Shown: positions 11,595 through 26,336 of the stretch, in pieces
How the letters are laid out: each line of letters begins with the position of its first letter
How positions within the stretch are numbered: the first letter of the stretch is position 1
Assembly (NCBI GenBank): GCA_964016885.1
Contig: OZ024745.1
Span: forward strand, 122,016,001-122,080,000
Reading direction: 5' to 3'
DNA from: Eledone cirrhosa
Lineage: Eukaryota
Length of the DNA stretch: 64,000 bases
Made by a program: the position numbers and the translations under genes
Notes under the pieces: model-generated
What the model saw: the letters and a program-made list of their open reading frames with translations, nothing else
Told to the model about the DNA's origin: nothing
Database searches by the model: none

Positions 11595-12810
11595 ACGAGG
11601 TACACTCAAGAAATTTTGAGACTTTTATCAGAGAGACATTTATTTACCTCAGATCAACACAAAACTCTAGTCTCCCTTAAAGTAGGATCCTCCAACTTCA
11701 GTGCACTTGTAACACTCCAGCCACTTGTAGAATGCCCCCTTGTAGTCCTCCAAAGTGAAGGTGTCCAGAGTGCTTGACACAGCTTCCTTCATCTCCTCCA
11801 CATCCTCAAAATAGATACCCCTGAACGTCTTCAGCTTCAGGAACATCCAGAAGTCGCATGAGGTTAAGTCTGGACTGTAGGGAGGATTGGGGACAGCCTT
11901 GATCCCTATATTGGCCAAGTAGTTGGTCACCAAGATGGATTTGTGACAGGGGGCATTGTCCTGGTACAGGTGTCACTGACCAGACTTGAAGAGTTCTGGT
12001 CCCTTGTGATGAAATCTCTTTCTGAACTGCCTCAAAACCTCTACATAGTAATCTTTGTTGGCTGTCTATTCATGTGGCACCCAGTGGATGTAGATGATGC
12101 CCTTGCTGTTGAAGAAAAGGATCATCCTCAGCTTCTCAGTGGACCTGCTTTACCTGGCCTTTTTGTGTCTTGGGGAGTCAATGTTTCTACTGGGCACTCT
12201 GTCTCTTGGTCTCTGGATCATAACTGTAGACCCAGCTCTTGTCACAGGTTACCAGAGACTCGAGGACACTTGGATTTGAAGTTATCCACTCAACCATCTA
12301 CCTGCTGTCATCAATGCAACTCTGCCTGATCTTCATTGAGCACTCTAAGAAGAAACTTTACACAAACTTTGTGCATGTTCAGATCATCATGAATGACTGT
12401 ACACAGTACCCTCAGCCACTTCAAATTGTTTAGCAATTATCAGAAGAGATGCAAGATGGTCCGCGTCCAGAAATTTGCAAATTTTGTTGACCGACTTTGG
12501 CATCCTGATGGCCCTCGCCCTGCTACACCTCTCGTCGTCCCTCACCTGCTCCCTGCCCTCCTGGGACCTCCTGTGTCGGAGGAAAACAGTCACCCAGGAC
12601 ATAAAAATTAGTCTGTAAACAGTTTTGACCACTTCATAGGTTTCTGCAGTGATTTTGTTGAGCTTGACACAAATCCTTATTGTATATCTAGCCTCCAAGT
12701 TGTCCTCACGTCCTGACTGCATTTTGGAACCAGTCAGCTGTGACAAGACCTGTACAACAGGTAGTGTTTAAAGTGCTGTAGCAGCCCAAACCTTCAGCCG
12801 TGGGAGAAAA
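11595..12810 (-). mobile_element. Decayed mariner transposon (transposase pseudogene)
   Basis: N-terminal RYTIRICVKLNKITAETYE...GREQVRDDERCSR and C-terminal PNPPYSPDLTSCDFWMFLKLK. TIR-like cacgaggtacactcaagaaattttgagac at ~11595; other TIR not found. Confidence 0.88.
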
Positions 12811-13181
12811 AAAAAGATTTGGTGTGTTAGCTTATTATAACCATATGAAGGATGAGTTAGTGAGTTACATAAAACAATTAAAATTGCCTGAAAAAGTGTA
12901 TCTTGTACATGTATATTAAGTTACACACTTTTTTAGATTCTCTATTTCACAGTTAATCATTCTTTGTCTTATATATCAAATAATTTGCATGAAACCTTTA
13001 TACTTTCATATATAATCAATCTTCTCTATCTCTCCTCTCTTGTATCTTGCCACACAGATCTCGTGACCAGCCGCTGGCCTCTCTTATCTTAGCATATAAT
13101 CAGTATCCATTAACAAACTCTGGTTTAACAAAGAGTTTATTAAAGTATAATATAAACGTTACTGCTTGTTTTGAAAAGTTG

Positions 13182-13492
13182 CGCACACACATGCACGCAC
13201 ACACAAATATGTGTGCACACACACACACACACACACACAAATATGTGCACGCACACACACATACATGCACACACACACAAATACATGCGCGCACACACAC
13301 ATACATGCACACATGCATACGTGCATGCACATACGAGCGCACACAGACATATGTGCACACGCACACACATACGTGCACACACACACATACATGCACACGT
13401 GCACACATACGTGCACGCACACACACACACGTGCACACACACGTACATGTACACACACACATACGTGCACACACACACATACATACACACAC
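13182..13492. repeat. Degenerate (CA)n array
   Basis: Seen directly. Confidence 0.9.
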
Positions 13493-16400
13493 AGTGAATG
13501 AGCTTTGTTTTTACAGTTTCTGTCTACAGAATCCACTCATAAAACGTTTGTTGACTTGAGGCTATAGTAGAAGACAGTTGACTAAAGTACCATACAGTGT
13601 GACTGAACTGGAAGCAGTGTGGTTCAGAAGTGAAGCTGTTAATCACCTTTTAAACTTCTTGAGTGTTTCTATCATATAAGCTAGTTCAGTAAAATAATGC
13701 TGAACCTGATAGCATCAGCTTCTGCCTGCAAAGCTGTACTTTATTGGCTATAAAGTGTATACATTGTATAACCACTGCTGATGGTATTGTTGTCATGTAC
13801 ACTAGGGTCATGAATAATCGCCTCCACCCACATTGAAATCTTTGGTTAATTTCAAAATTAATTGACATACATAGGCAGTGTATTTCATGAGATACAGCAA
13901 GTATAGGGTTTAAAACCACTACAATAGATAGTATCTGTGTAGCATCAAGATGTGTGACACTTAGAAGAATTGGTTATTACTAATATAGTAATTATATCTA
14001 ATTCTTTTAACACTTTAGCATTTACATTACTCACTCTATATATTATTGTATTTTCGTGGTAAAGGCTTTATGCATAATATCTCACATAATATCGAATCTA
14101 AGATATTGATATTATTTATTTTGAGAACAATATCTTAACATCAGTATGAGTGGCTATCAGTATGAGTGGCTGGTTACAACCAGTTTGAACTGAAAGAGGT
14201 GAGAAAATTCTAGCCGGATGTGGCCGGTTTAAATGCTAAAAGGTTAATACCACACTGCCTGCAACCAACACTGCCTGTTTTATAATGCAAAACTGTGTTT
14301 TCAAGTGTTTATACTGATATTAAAACCTTCCATTATAATTTTGTGTTAGAATCTTTGTTAAGTAATGATCCAAACATCAACTTACTAATGAGAAAGCTAA
14401 CTTATTTTACTAAATTTCTCTAAATTTATTATTTATTTTCAAAATTAGTATATTTCATTAAAAATATAACAAAAAGGTTAATACTTTCAATGTACAATTG
14501 ATGTAGGAATTTGGTTTAATAGTCTTAGGAAGATTGAAATGGCTCAGTAGATATGGTATTGGATTACCTATTCATAGATTGGTAATTTAAATCTGGTACA
14601 GGTGTTGCATTGTATTTGTGGACAGGTGACATTATTTGAACCTAGCTTAGTTAATCTAGCTGCTGGGAATAAGTAGCAGGTTGTATGTGAATGTTTGTTT
14701 TTGTGAAGTACTGTTGTCCTAAACAAGGAGATTTATCTTGGATCTAATTCACCACCTCACTACTGAAGCTAAGTACCAGCCCTTGAAAACCTCATAAGAC
14801 TTAGAAGGTTGAATTTATTTTTTTCTTAGGAATTCTAATGACAATAAATTTTTATAGACTAAAGTTCTTTTAATGTCACACACTAAGTGTGGACTGGGTG
14901 CTTTTTACCGTGTCACCACCACGACCACTTTACAGTATAGACTGGGTGCTTTTTACTGTCACCATCACAACCACTTTATAGTATAGACTGGGTGCTTTTT
15001 ACCGTGTCACCATCATGACTACTTTACAGTGTTTTGGCCTGTCCTCATGAGAGATGTATTTGAAGGTGGGATGGGGTGGTGCATACTGTATATATGCTTC
15101 AGCTATGGCCTGCCCCGACTTTTGGGAAGTCTGGTCTTCTGTATTAGCGCATAAGCTAACACACTATTTTTTATGTCTTTTGAGTATAGAGAAATGAGAG
15201 AGAGAGAGAGAGATTGGAAAAGAAACTACTGGAACTGAATTACTGTATATACTTGAGCATACGCCAATCTGAATATAAGCCAAACCCCTATTTTATGTCT
15301 GAGAAATGGGCAAAAATCCAAACTCTGCTTATAAATCAAGGCAGCTAATCAACATATTGTTTAGATGGCATGGTTTTGAAATTCTCATGTGTATATAATA
15401 TATTTATACATCTTAAAATATATAAATACATAAAAATATATTTGTATGCAGATCTTCCCAGTTAACTCGAATAAAATAAAATAAGAAAACCCACTGGAAA
15501 AAGATGGGTATTAGCACACATGATATAGAAAAAAAGAGGCCAGCCTAAAGTATGTGTATTTGCTCAAATATAACTGATGGGATTTAGCTTTGTTTAGGGA
15601 GAATTGATGGTAAATGTTTACTATAACACCCAGCTCTAAGATAGTTGTAATCATCATCATCCTCATCATCACCGTTTTATGTCCATTCTTCCATGCTAGC
15701 ATGGGTTAGATGAGTTGTCTTGTTGTGGGCAATGCTAGGTCAGGTGACCATGTCTTGCTCATACAGAACTGATTTTGGCTCGGTTTCTACAGCCAGATGC
15801 CCTTCCTAACACCAACCACATTTAGAGTGAGTATTGGGTGCTTTTTTGTTGTGACGCCTACACAACCACTTTACAGTGTGGACTGGGTGCTTTTTATTTG
15901 GCACCTACACGACCACTTTACAGTGTGGACTGGGTGCTTTTTACCGTGTCACCATCATGACTACTTTACAGTATTTCAGCCTGTACTCATGAGAGATGTA
16001 TTTGAAGGTGGGATGGGGTGGTGCATACTGTATATATGCTTCAGCTCTGGCCTGTGCCTGTGGGAAGTCGAGTCTTCTGTATTAGTACATAACGCCAGTG
16101 TCATCGCCTTTGAGAGGTGCAATTAGGCAAGGTCAGCTTTTATCACAAGGCTAGTTAGTTTATAGATTTGGTTACAATTTTGAAGGTAAAATGTATTTTT
16201 TTCCTATGATTTTTGATGTTTTGAATAAATATGGTCTTCAAAAGTGTCGTAAATTACTGGATTTCTGTGGCTTCCCCACCAAAGAACTCTATAACAGCTG
16301 TCACAGAGATGGGTGTAATAAAATTTACCAGAATGGCTTTTTTCTGCAGTGGTTTTTATTGAGTGAAATATTTAAATTGCCTGTAATTTTAAAAGAATGG

Positions 16401-16840
16401 CCTTGTTTGAGTGTTATTAGCAAGTTTATTAGATTGTATCAGTGCAAAAGTTATATATGTTTTTGAAGTATATTGTGTGGATTTTATCAGAAAGATTTGA
16501 GATTAGAATCAAAATTTGATTCAATGCCAAGGATGAAATATAAAAAAAAATGTTTACATAAAAATGTTATCTGTAATAAACATCCTAAGATGGCTGCTTC
16601 TGATTATTTACAGAGCTCTCATGAATGCAAAATATATTTTGCATTGCAAGTCATTCTTGGACAATGTTCTCCCAACTTGAAAGACTTTTTTGATTTTGAT
16701 TTGGCGGGTCTCTATATGTTCATTTAACAACCATATTCCCTTCAAACTACACCACATATTAAAAGAAGGAAGAACAAATTGGATAATGTAATCCTAAGAT
16801 ACATTGTGTGAAAATAAGATGGAATGGTCATGACAGGCCT

Positions 16841-18100
16841 GTATAGATATAGACCATCATATAGATATAGACCATCATATAGATATAGACCATCATATAG
16901 ATATAGACCATCATATAGATATAGACCATCATATAGATATAGACCATCATATAGATATAGACCATCATATAGATATAGACCATCATATATATATATATAT
17001 ATATATAGACCATCATATAGATATAGACCATTATATAGATATAGACCATTATATAGATATAGACCATTATATAGATATAGACCATCATATAGATATAGAC
17101 CATCATATAGATATAGACCATCATATAGATATAGACCATTATATAGATATAGACCATTATATAGATATAGACCATTATATAGATATAGACCATTATATAG
17201 ATATAGACCATTATATAGATATAGACCATTATATAGATATAGACCATTATATAGATATAGACCATCATATAGATATAGACCATTATATAGATATAGACCA
17301 TTATATAGATATAGACCATTATATAGATATAGACCATTATATAGATATAGACCATTATATAGATATAGACCATTATATAGATATAGACCATTATATAGAT
17401 ATAGACCATCATATAGATATAGACCATCATATAGATATAGACCATCATATAGATATAGACCATCATATAGATATAGACCATCATATAGATATAGACCATC
17501 ATATAGATATAGACCATCATATAGATATAGACCATCATATAGATATAGACCATCATATAGATATAGACCATTATATAGATATAGACCATTATATAGATAT
17601 AGACCATTATATAGATATAGACCATTATATAGATATAGACCATTATATAGATATAGACCATTATATAGATATAGACCATTATATAGATATAGACCATTAT
17701 ATAGATATAGACCATTATATAGATATAGACCATCATATAGATATAGACCATTATATAGATATAGACCATTATATAGATATAGACCATCATATAGATATAG
17801 ACCATCATATAGATATAGACCATCATATAGATATAGACCATCATATAGATATAGACCATCATATAGATATAGACCATCATATATATATATATATATAGAC
17901 CATCATATAGATATAGACCATTATATAGATATAGACCATTATATAGATATAGACCATTATATAGATATAGACCATTATATAGATATAGACCATTATATAG
18001 ATATAGACCATTATATAGATATAGACCATTATATAGATATAGACCATTATATAGATATAGACCATCATATAGATATAGACCATCATATAGATATAGACCA
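16841..18100. repeat. 18-bp minisatellite (TATAGATATAGACCATYA)n, ~70 copies
   Basis: Exact 18-bp period, two variants (CATCAT/CATTAT), two (TA)n interruptions. Confidence 0.97.
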
Positions 18101-18382
18101 CCCCTACCCCCACCACCACACCTACAAGTCCACAAAGCTGGCATTGTGTGTTATTCGGGGTCCATCTGCTATCAGTATAACGCCATATTTGCAGGCTGTC
18201 CTCTAATCAAATTTTCTATTTTCTCCATATCCTATCTTCCATTATATGTTGGGGTTCAACGTAATCCTGTTACATAATTCTACAGGTGATACTTGATGTG
18301 ATCGCCTTATCTTGCATCATAATTGGATGATTTGCATAACATTGTCACCAGAGCAGATGATGAATCTCTCTCTCTTTCTCTC

Positions 18383-18439
<57 letters not shown>

Positions 18440-18471
18440 AAACACAAAGCAGGCTTTGTTTAGAAACTGCT

Positions 18472-18543
18472 AGCTTGTTGGTGTAATGGTAACACCTTGG
18501 TCCGGCAAACCAAAGATGTGGGTTCGTGTCCCACGTCCGTCAA
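18472..18543 (+). pseudogene. tRNA-like sequence (pseudo-tRNA or SINE head)
   Basis: D arm ggtgtaatggtaacacc, stem ttggt/accaa with 7-nt loop ccggcaa, T arm gtggg ttcgtgt cccac; acceptor stem does not pair. Confidence 0.65.
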
Positions 18544-18820
18544 TACTCATCCTTTTCTACATTCAGATGGGTTTTTTTTAGTCCCAACTAACAGACTAAT
18601 TCTGTTTAGTCAAATACGACATAAGCACATGTTACTACCTAATTTTATATATACTTTTACTCTTTTACCTGTTCCAGCCATCTGGCTGAGGCCATGCTGG
18701 GGCACTGATATATATATATATATATACTGTATATATAACGAAGGAAGTGTGGTAAGGAACCAGATGGACCATAATGCACCAGAGTACTCAATACTTAGGG
18801 TAGTAGAGTGGGTAATAGGA

Positions 18821-18925
18821 AAATGTTTAACTCCGATGGCAGAGCTCAAGCCGTTTCCACGGCTATTTCTAGTCCAGAAATAACCGTTGAAACGGCTTGA
18901 GCTCTGCCGTCGGGCTTAAACATTT
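18821..18925. repeat. 105 bp hairpin with 5-nt loop
   Basis: aaatgtttaa...ggcagagctcaagccgtttc...tatttct agtcc agaaata...gaaacggcttgagctctgcc...ttaaacattt. Confidence 0.9.
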
Positions 18926-20347
18926 ATATATATATATATACACATACATGCACAATGTTTATGTTGGTTATAACGGTGGATGTTAAGCCTAGCTGTGTCA
19001 CTGCACTAATTAGGATCTTTTTAGCTTATTCATATTATGTCTGTTACAGTTGCAGGCTATACTGATTCCATCATCTCTGTATAGTCCAAGTTCAACACCT
19101 GGGTTCTTATTCTTCTGGGTGTCTAACAGGTATTGACTGACAAGATCTGCCACCTCCACTCTGTCGAAACTACCCATTTCGACGTCGAAAAGTTCACTGT
19201 ACTTTTTAACCCAGAAAGTGTCTTTGAGGGACAGCAGTGACTTCCTTGCATTTTATATAATTTGTACGTCATCTGTTATGGTGGTCTTGTTTTTTTTTTC
19301 GAATTCCAGAGACTTGATGGGTACATTGTCCTCCTCCCTACACACAAAAAAGTCCTCTTTGTGTCACTTCATACATATCTACACACTTGACAGTACACCG
19401 GATAACCCACCAGATAACAATGTGTACTAGATTGTGTAAATGTCAGAAAAGCCCCCATCCAATATATATCTTGGTAACCACTGCCAATCCCTAAGCCTCA
19501 CTAAATGTGGGTAACCTGACATCAAAAACAATCTTTCATATATTTCACCACTCCTATGTGTTATATACCATATGCCATACATTATATTCTATAATTCCAT
19601 GACCTCCACCATCCTTACATTCTTCTAATCCTATTTATTATTACAATGGTAATATTGTAATAATAAATGGTAGTATTGCTTGAGCATCAGACACCATGCT
19701 TTGCAGCATAGTTATGGCCCTTTACGTTCTAAGTTCAAAACTTGCCGAGGTTAACTTTGCCTTTCATCCCTATGAGGTCAATAAAATGGTGTACTAGTAA
19801 TGCACTGGGGTAATTGCTGGCACTGCCTAAAGTAGAAACAATTATTATAATTTTAATAAATTTAACAACATTTTTTTAAAAAACATTTTAATTTTATTTT
19901 TTGCTAATTAATTTCTTTTCTGTCATTTTGTCATTTTTTCCTTTACTTCCTTTATTCTTCATATTTCATATCTTATGTGCACCTAACAACCGTGCCACCC
20001 TGCCATCACATCTATCATCATCGTATATAATTCCATAAAATTCTTAACTTCCATCGTAGTTATATCTCCATAAGTTATATTGATATATATTACATTTCCT
20101 ATATTTAATTAATGTGATGGTTTGCTGTACCAAATTGACAGGCCATCCCCGAATCAAATCAGTCCTCTATTTTCTATTCTCTGTTTGTATTTACCATAAT
20201 CCATCTGTTTGTATTTACCATAATCCATCTGTTTGTATTTACCATAATCCATCATGATCGGAAGATGAAACTGGGCCATTGAAATATGTATGGTGTTTCA
20301 CAGAATTAAAATTCTAAAGAAAGTTTCAAGTCCAGCCTTCTGTTGTT

Positions 20348-20395
<48 letters not shown>

Positions 20396-20737
20396 TGTAA
20401 ATGAGGTTGGTGTTAGGAAGGGCATCAAGCCAGAATCGGTTCCTGTATGAGCAAGACAAGGTCAGCCGACTGGACACTGCTCACAACAAGACAACCCGTC
20501 TAACCCATGCTAGCGTGGAAGAATGGACGTAAAATGATGACGATGATGATGATGATATATATATATCGACAGTTGATTGACAAGATCCCAGACCTCATTT
20601 GCTTAACTAGCGGGGTGGAGCTCATCAAATCGAACGGAGGAAACAATGTTTCCATTGGTCTTTCCAATTGCTAATACTATCTGTTGGTTACAAATCCAGG
20701 CAGAAAAAAAAAATGTGTATATATGTGATATGCATGA

Positions 20738-20770
<33 letters not shown>

Positions 20771-21679
20771 GTAATATACACGAATGGCAAAGGATAAATG
20801 AACTGAGAGAGAAACTGGGCACAAGAGGGTTCAGATGCAGTGTGCAGGAGAGATTGCAATTGAAGCTATGGAATAGGAAGACCTAGGAAGACAGTGATAA
20901 AAGCTGACCTTGCACAATTGCACTTCTCAAAGGCAATGACTCATGACCGACATCTGTGGCATTAGCAGTAATACAGAAGACTTTCCTGTGCATGGGTTGA
21001 AGCATACATCTAGTATGCACCACCTTCCCTTCTATTCCCCTTCCATACATATCACATCCTAACACCCCACCCATGTCCTAACATCCCACCCACACCCTTA
21101 TACCCCACCTTTCACCCACACCACTAGATCCACATCCACAATCCCCATATAAGTCCCCAGTCCACACTGTAAAGTGTTTTGGTGTCAAGACAAAAAGCAC
21201 CCAGTCCACATGGTAAAATTGGCATTTATGTGTCATAGCAAAAAGCACGCAACCCATACTGTAAAGTGGTCATGTAGGTGCCAGGACAAAAAGCAGCCTG
21301 TCCATACAATAAATGCGGTTGGTGCCTGGAATGGCATCTAGCCAGTCGTAGAAACAAAGCCAAAATCTGTTCTATATGAATAAGACACGGTCATCTGACC
21401 TGGCTTGTCTCACAATAGAACAACTCGCCTAACCCATGCTAGTGTGGAAAAAGGATATTAAATGTTGATGATGTTAATGTGTGTGCTTTCTTCATTTGCA
21501 GATAAAATTTGGTTGTGGTCTTTCTGTGTGATTTATCTGAAATTCACAGCCTACAACTGAATAATTGATCTCTTTTTACAAAACTAGTTGGCACTTTGCT
21601 CTTCATAATTTTAATTTTGTCTTAGTAAGCTGTAATGTATGGAAATGTTCTGTCCCCAGGTTAACAATTTATAGAAAAA

Positions 21680-21809
21680 ATGCCAAGGGCAAAGAAGCGG
21701 TCGAGACAAAAGAAAAATAAGTTGGCTAAAGACATGCTGCATCTAGAGCCAAGTGGACCGAATACACATTTTGTTGTTGAAAATGGAAGCCAAGCAAAAG
21801 TGGGACTTG
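21680..21809 (+). CDS. Candidate first coding exon of host gene (MPRAKKRSRQKKNKLAKDMLHLEPSGPNTHFVVENGSQAKVGL), product unknown
   Basis: Acceptor tgtccccag ending 21659 (or tttatag ending 21674), AAAAATG start context, open frame with basic NLS-like N-terminus, phase-1 donor G|GTGAGT at 21810. Confidence 0.55.
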
Positions 21810-22419
21810 GTGAGTCAGATGTGGGCTGTACACATTGTTTTACTTCATGTTTGTAAACTGGAAAAAAAAAAAGAGAAAAATACAGAAATGAGTAATAATA
21901 ACAATATTAAAAGCATGAAATGTTGTCCATGTTGTTGCTTTGGCTAACCTTGGCTAAAAAAAAATGCTGACTGTATTTATATTCAAATATATATATATAT
22001 ATATGTATGTATATGTATATATATGTGTGTGTATATGTGTGTGTATATATATGTAGGGGTAGGCTGTGGGATATATATATATACTATAATTTGATTAAAT
22101 CTATACATATAAAATGTATACTGATTAAGTTACTCAATTAGGAAGGCTCAACGAACATTAAGCTCAGAGCATAATTTATACAAATTTAAATGATATACAA
22201 AAAGTCTTTCATATATCTGGTTGAGAAACAGCTAGTATCATGTACATATAATGATAATAATAAATGTACTCACTCATAGAAAGAATCAACTCAAGATTGT
22301 TTAAAGTTCATTTATACAGAGGTTTAATGATAAATTCCAGAATATGATACCAATAACTGATCTAACCATCGATCTTAGTAACAAACATAATCAAGACCAG
22401 GGATCATGGGTCATTAATA

Positions 22420-24840
22420 AGTGTTTAAGGTCTTACTATATATATCTCACTCTGTAGATTAGCTAAGTGTTAAGGTCTTACTATATATATATCTCACTCT
22501 GTAGATTAGCTAAGTGTTTAAGGACTTACAATATATATCTCACTCTGTAGATTAGCTAAGTGTTTAAGGACTTACAATATATATCTCACTCTGTAGATTA
22601 GCTAAGTGTTTAAGGACTTACAATATATATCTCACTCTGTAGATTAGCTAAGTGTTAAGGTCTTACTATATATATATATCTCACTCTGTAGATTAGCTAG
22701 CTAAGTGTTTAAGGTCTTACTATATATAAATCTCACTCTGTAGATTAGCTAAGTGTTTAAGGACTTACAATATATATCTCACTCTGTAGATTAGCTAAGT
22801 GTTAAGGTCTTACTATATATATATATCTCACTCTGTAGATTAGCTAGCTAAGTGTTTAAGGTCTTACTATATATAAATCTCACTCTGTAGATTAGCTAAG
22901 TGTTTAAGGACTTACAATATATATCTCACTCTGTAGATTAGCTAAGTGTTAAGGTCTTACTATATATATATATCTCACTCTGTAGATTAGCTAGCTAAGT
23001 GTTTAAGGTCTTACTATATATAAATCTCACTCTGTAGATTAGCTAAGTGTTTAAGGTCTTACTATATATATATCTCACTCTGTACATTAGCTAAGTGTTT
23101 AAGGTCTTACTATATATATATCACTCTGTACATTAGCTAAGTGTTTAAGGTCTTACTATATATATCTCACTCTGTACATTAGCTAAATGTTTAAGGTCTT
23201 ACTATATATATCTCACTCTGTACATTAGCTAAATGTTTAAGGTCTTACTATATATATCTCACTCTGTACATTAGCTAAGTGTTTAAGGTCTTACTATATA
23301 TATCTCACTCTGGAGATTAGCTAAGTGTTTAAGGTCTTACTATATATATCTCACTCTGTACATTAGCTAAATGTTTAAGGTCTTACTATATATATCTCAC
23401 TCTGTAGATTAACTAAGTGTTTAAGGTCTTACTATATATATCTCACTCTGTAGATTAGCTAAGTGTTTCAGGTCTTACTATATATATATCTCACTCTGTA
23501 CATTAGCTAAATGTTTAAGGTCTTACTATATATATCTCACTCTGTACATTAGCTCAGTGTTAAGGTCTTACTATATATATCTCACTCTGTAGATTAGCTA
23601 GCTAAGTGTTTAAGGTCTTACTATATATATCTCACTCTGTAGATTAGCTAGCTAAGTGTTTAAGGTCTATATGTATCTCACTCTGTACATTAGCTAAGTG
23701 TTTAAGGTCTTACTATATGTATCTCACTCTGTACATTAGCTAAGTGTTTAAGGTCTTACTATATATATCTCACTCTGTAGATTAGCTAGCTAAGTGTTTA
23801 AGGTCTTACTATATATATATCTCACTCTGTAGATTAGCTAAGTGTTTCAGGTCTTACTATATATATCTCACTCTGTACATTAGCTAGCTAAGTGTTTAAG
23901 GTCTTACTATATCTCACTCTGTAGATTAGCTAGCTAAGTGTTTAAGGTCTATATGTATCTCACTCTGTACATTAGCTAAGTGTTTAAGGTCTTACTATAT
24001 ATATCTCGCTCTGTAGATTACCTAAGTGTTTAAGGTCTTACTATATGTATCTCACTCTGTACATTAGCTAAGTGTTTAAGGTCTTACTATATATATCTCA
24101 CTCTGTAGATTAGCTAAGTGTTAAGGTCTTACTATATATATATATCTCACTCTGTACATTAGCTAGCTAAGTGTTTAAGGTCTTACTATATATATCTCAC
24201 TCTGTACATTAGTTAGCTAAATGTTTAAGGTCTTACTATATATATATCTCACTCTGTACATTAGCTAAGTGTTTAAGGTCTTACTATATATATCTCACTC
24301 TGTACATTAGCTAAATGTTTAAGGTCTTACTATATATATCTCACTCTGTACATTAGCTAGCTAAGTGTTTAAGGTCTTACTATATATATCTCACTCTGTA
24401 CATTAGCTAAATGTTTAAGGTCTTACTATATATATCTCACTCTGTACATTAGCTAGCTAAGTGTTTAAGGTCTTACTATATATATCTCACTCTGTAGATT
24501 ACCTAAGTGTTTAAGGTCTTACTATATGTATCTCACTCTGTACATTAGCTAAGTGTTTAAGGTCTTACTATATATATATCTCACTCTGTGGATTAGCTAA
24601 GTGTTAAGGTCTTACTATATATATCTCACTCTGTACATTAGCTAGCTAAGTGTTTAAGGTCTTACTATATATATATCTCACTCTATAGATTAGCTAGCTA
24701 AGTGTTTAAGGTCTTACTATATATATCTCACTCTGTAGATTAGCTAAGTGTTTAAGGTCTTACTATATATATCTCACTCTGTAGATTACCTAAGTGTTTA
24801 AGGACTTACTATATATATATCTCACTCTGTAGATTACCTA
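22420..24840. repeat. ~45-bp minisatellite, ~50 copies
   Basis: Unit AAGTGTTTAAGGTCTTAC(TA)nTCTCACTCTGTASATTAGCT with variable TA count and occasional AGCT duplication. Confidence 0.97.
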
Positions 24841-25030
24841 CTCTACTGCCTAAGGAAGATGATAGAATACAACCAATATCTCCCTGAAACCAGGGTTTAC
24901 AGACTGGTTAGGTTAAATCCCAATATATAAAATGTATATTAAGTTACTCAACAAGAAAAGCCCAATTAAGCTCAGAGCATAATGTATATATTATAGTTGA
25001 GAGACGGCCAGTATTATGTATATAAATAAT

Positions 25031-25220
25031 TGTTTCTACTTTAGGCACAAGGCCAGCAAATACCCAGTGCATTACTGGTACTTTATTTCATCGACCCCGT
25101 GAGGATGAAAGGCAAAGTTAACCTCGGCGGGATTTGAACTCAGAATGGCAAGGGACGTAACTCTATGCGTCAAAGCATGGCGTCCGACCCTCTACCGATA
25201 CTGCCAATCCACCACCGCCC
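25031..25220 (-). mobile_element. SINE family A copy with 14-bp TSD
   Basis: TGTATATAAATAAT at 25017-25030 and 25221-25234. Confidence 0.9.
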
Positions 25221-25312
25221 TGTATATAAATAATGAATGAAAAAATATTAAATGTAGTCACTTGAAGAAAGAATCAAGTAAAAATTGTCTAAAGTTTACC
25301 TATAAGCGGTCT

Positions 25313-25365
<53 letters not shown>

Positions 25366-25911
25366 ATATCGTTTAGATTTGATAAATTATGTACTGAGTT
25401 AAATGTTTATTGAGCTTTCCTTAATGAGCAACTTAATCAATATACATTTTATGTGTATATATTTAATCTAATAAACGTTTATTTATATATGTGTATGTAT
25501 ATATATATATATGTGTGTATGTATATATGTATATATATATATATATGTGTGTATGTATATATGTATATATATATATATATGTGTGTATGTATATATGTAT
25601 ATATATATATATGTGTGTATGTATATATGTATATATATATATATATGTGTGTATGTATATATGTATATATATATATATGTGTGTATGTATATATGTATAT
25701 ATATATATATGTGTGTATGTATATATGTATATATATATATATGTGTGTATGTATATATGTATATATATATATATGTGTGTATGTATATATGTATATATAT
25801 ATATATGTGTGTATGTATATATGTATATATATATATATGTGTGTATGTATATATGTATATATATATATATATGTGTATGTATATATGTATATATATATAT
25901 ATGTGTGTATG

Positions 25912-25946
<35 letters not shown>

Positions 25947-26336
25947 GTGTATGTGTATATATATATATGTGTGTATGTGTATATATATATATGTGTGTAT
26001 GTATATGTGTATATATATATATGTGTGTATGTATATGTGTATATATATATATGTGTATATATATATATGTGCATATGTATATATGTATATATATAAGTAT
26101 GTGTATATGTATATAAGTATGTATGTATATATGTATATATGTGTGTATATGTATATATGTAATATATGTATATATGTAATATATGTATGTATGTATATAT
26201 ATATGTATGTATATATATATATGTGTGCGTGTATATACATGTATGTATATATATATGTATGTATATATATATATGTGTGCGTGTATATACATATATGTAT
26301 ATATATGTATGTATGTATGTATATCTATCTATCTAT

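Noticed and set aside
16824-18206. 460-aa (YRYRPS/L)n ORF and its antisense ORF
   Set aside because: Product of the 18-bp minisatellite; no unique domain or splice context.
18472-18543. Functional tRNA gene
   Set aside because: Acceptor stem does not pair and U33 is missing.
22420-24840. CRISPR-like periodicity (also 58681-58930)
   Set aside because: No unique spacers, no cas genes, eukaryotic context.
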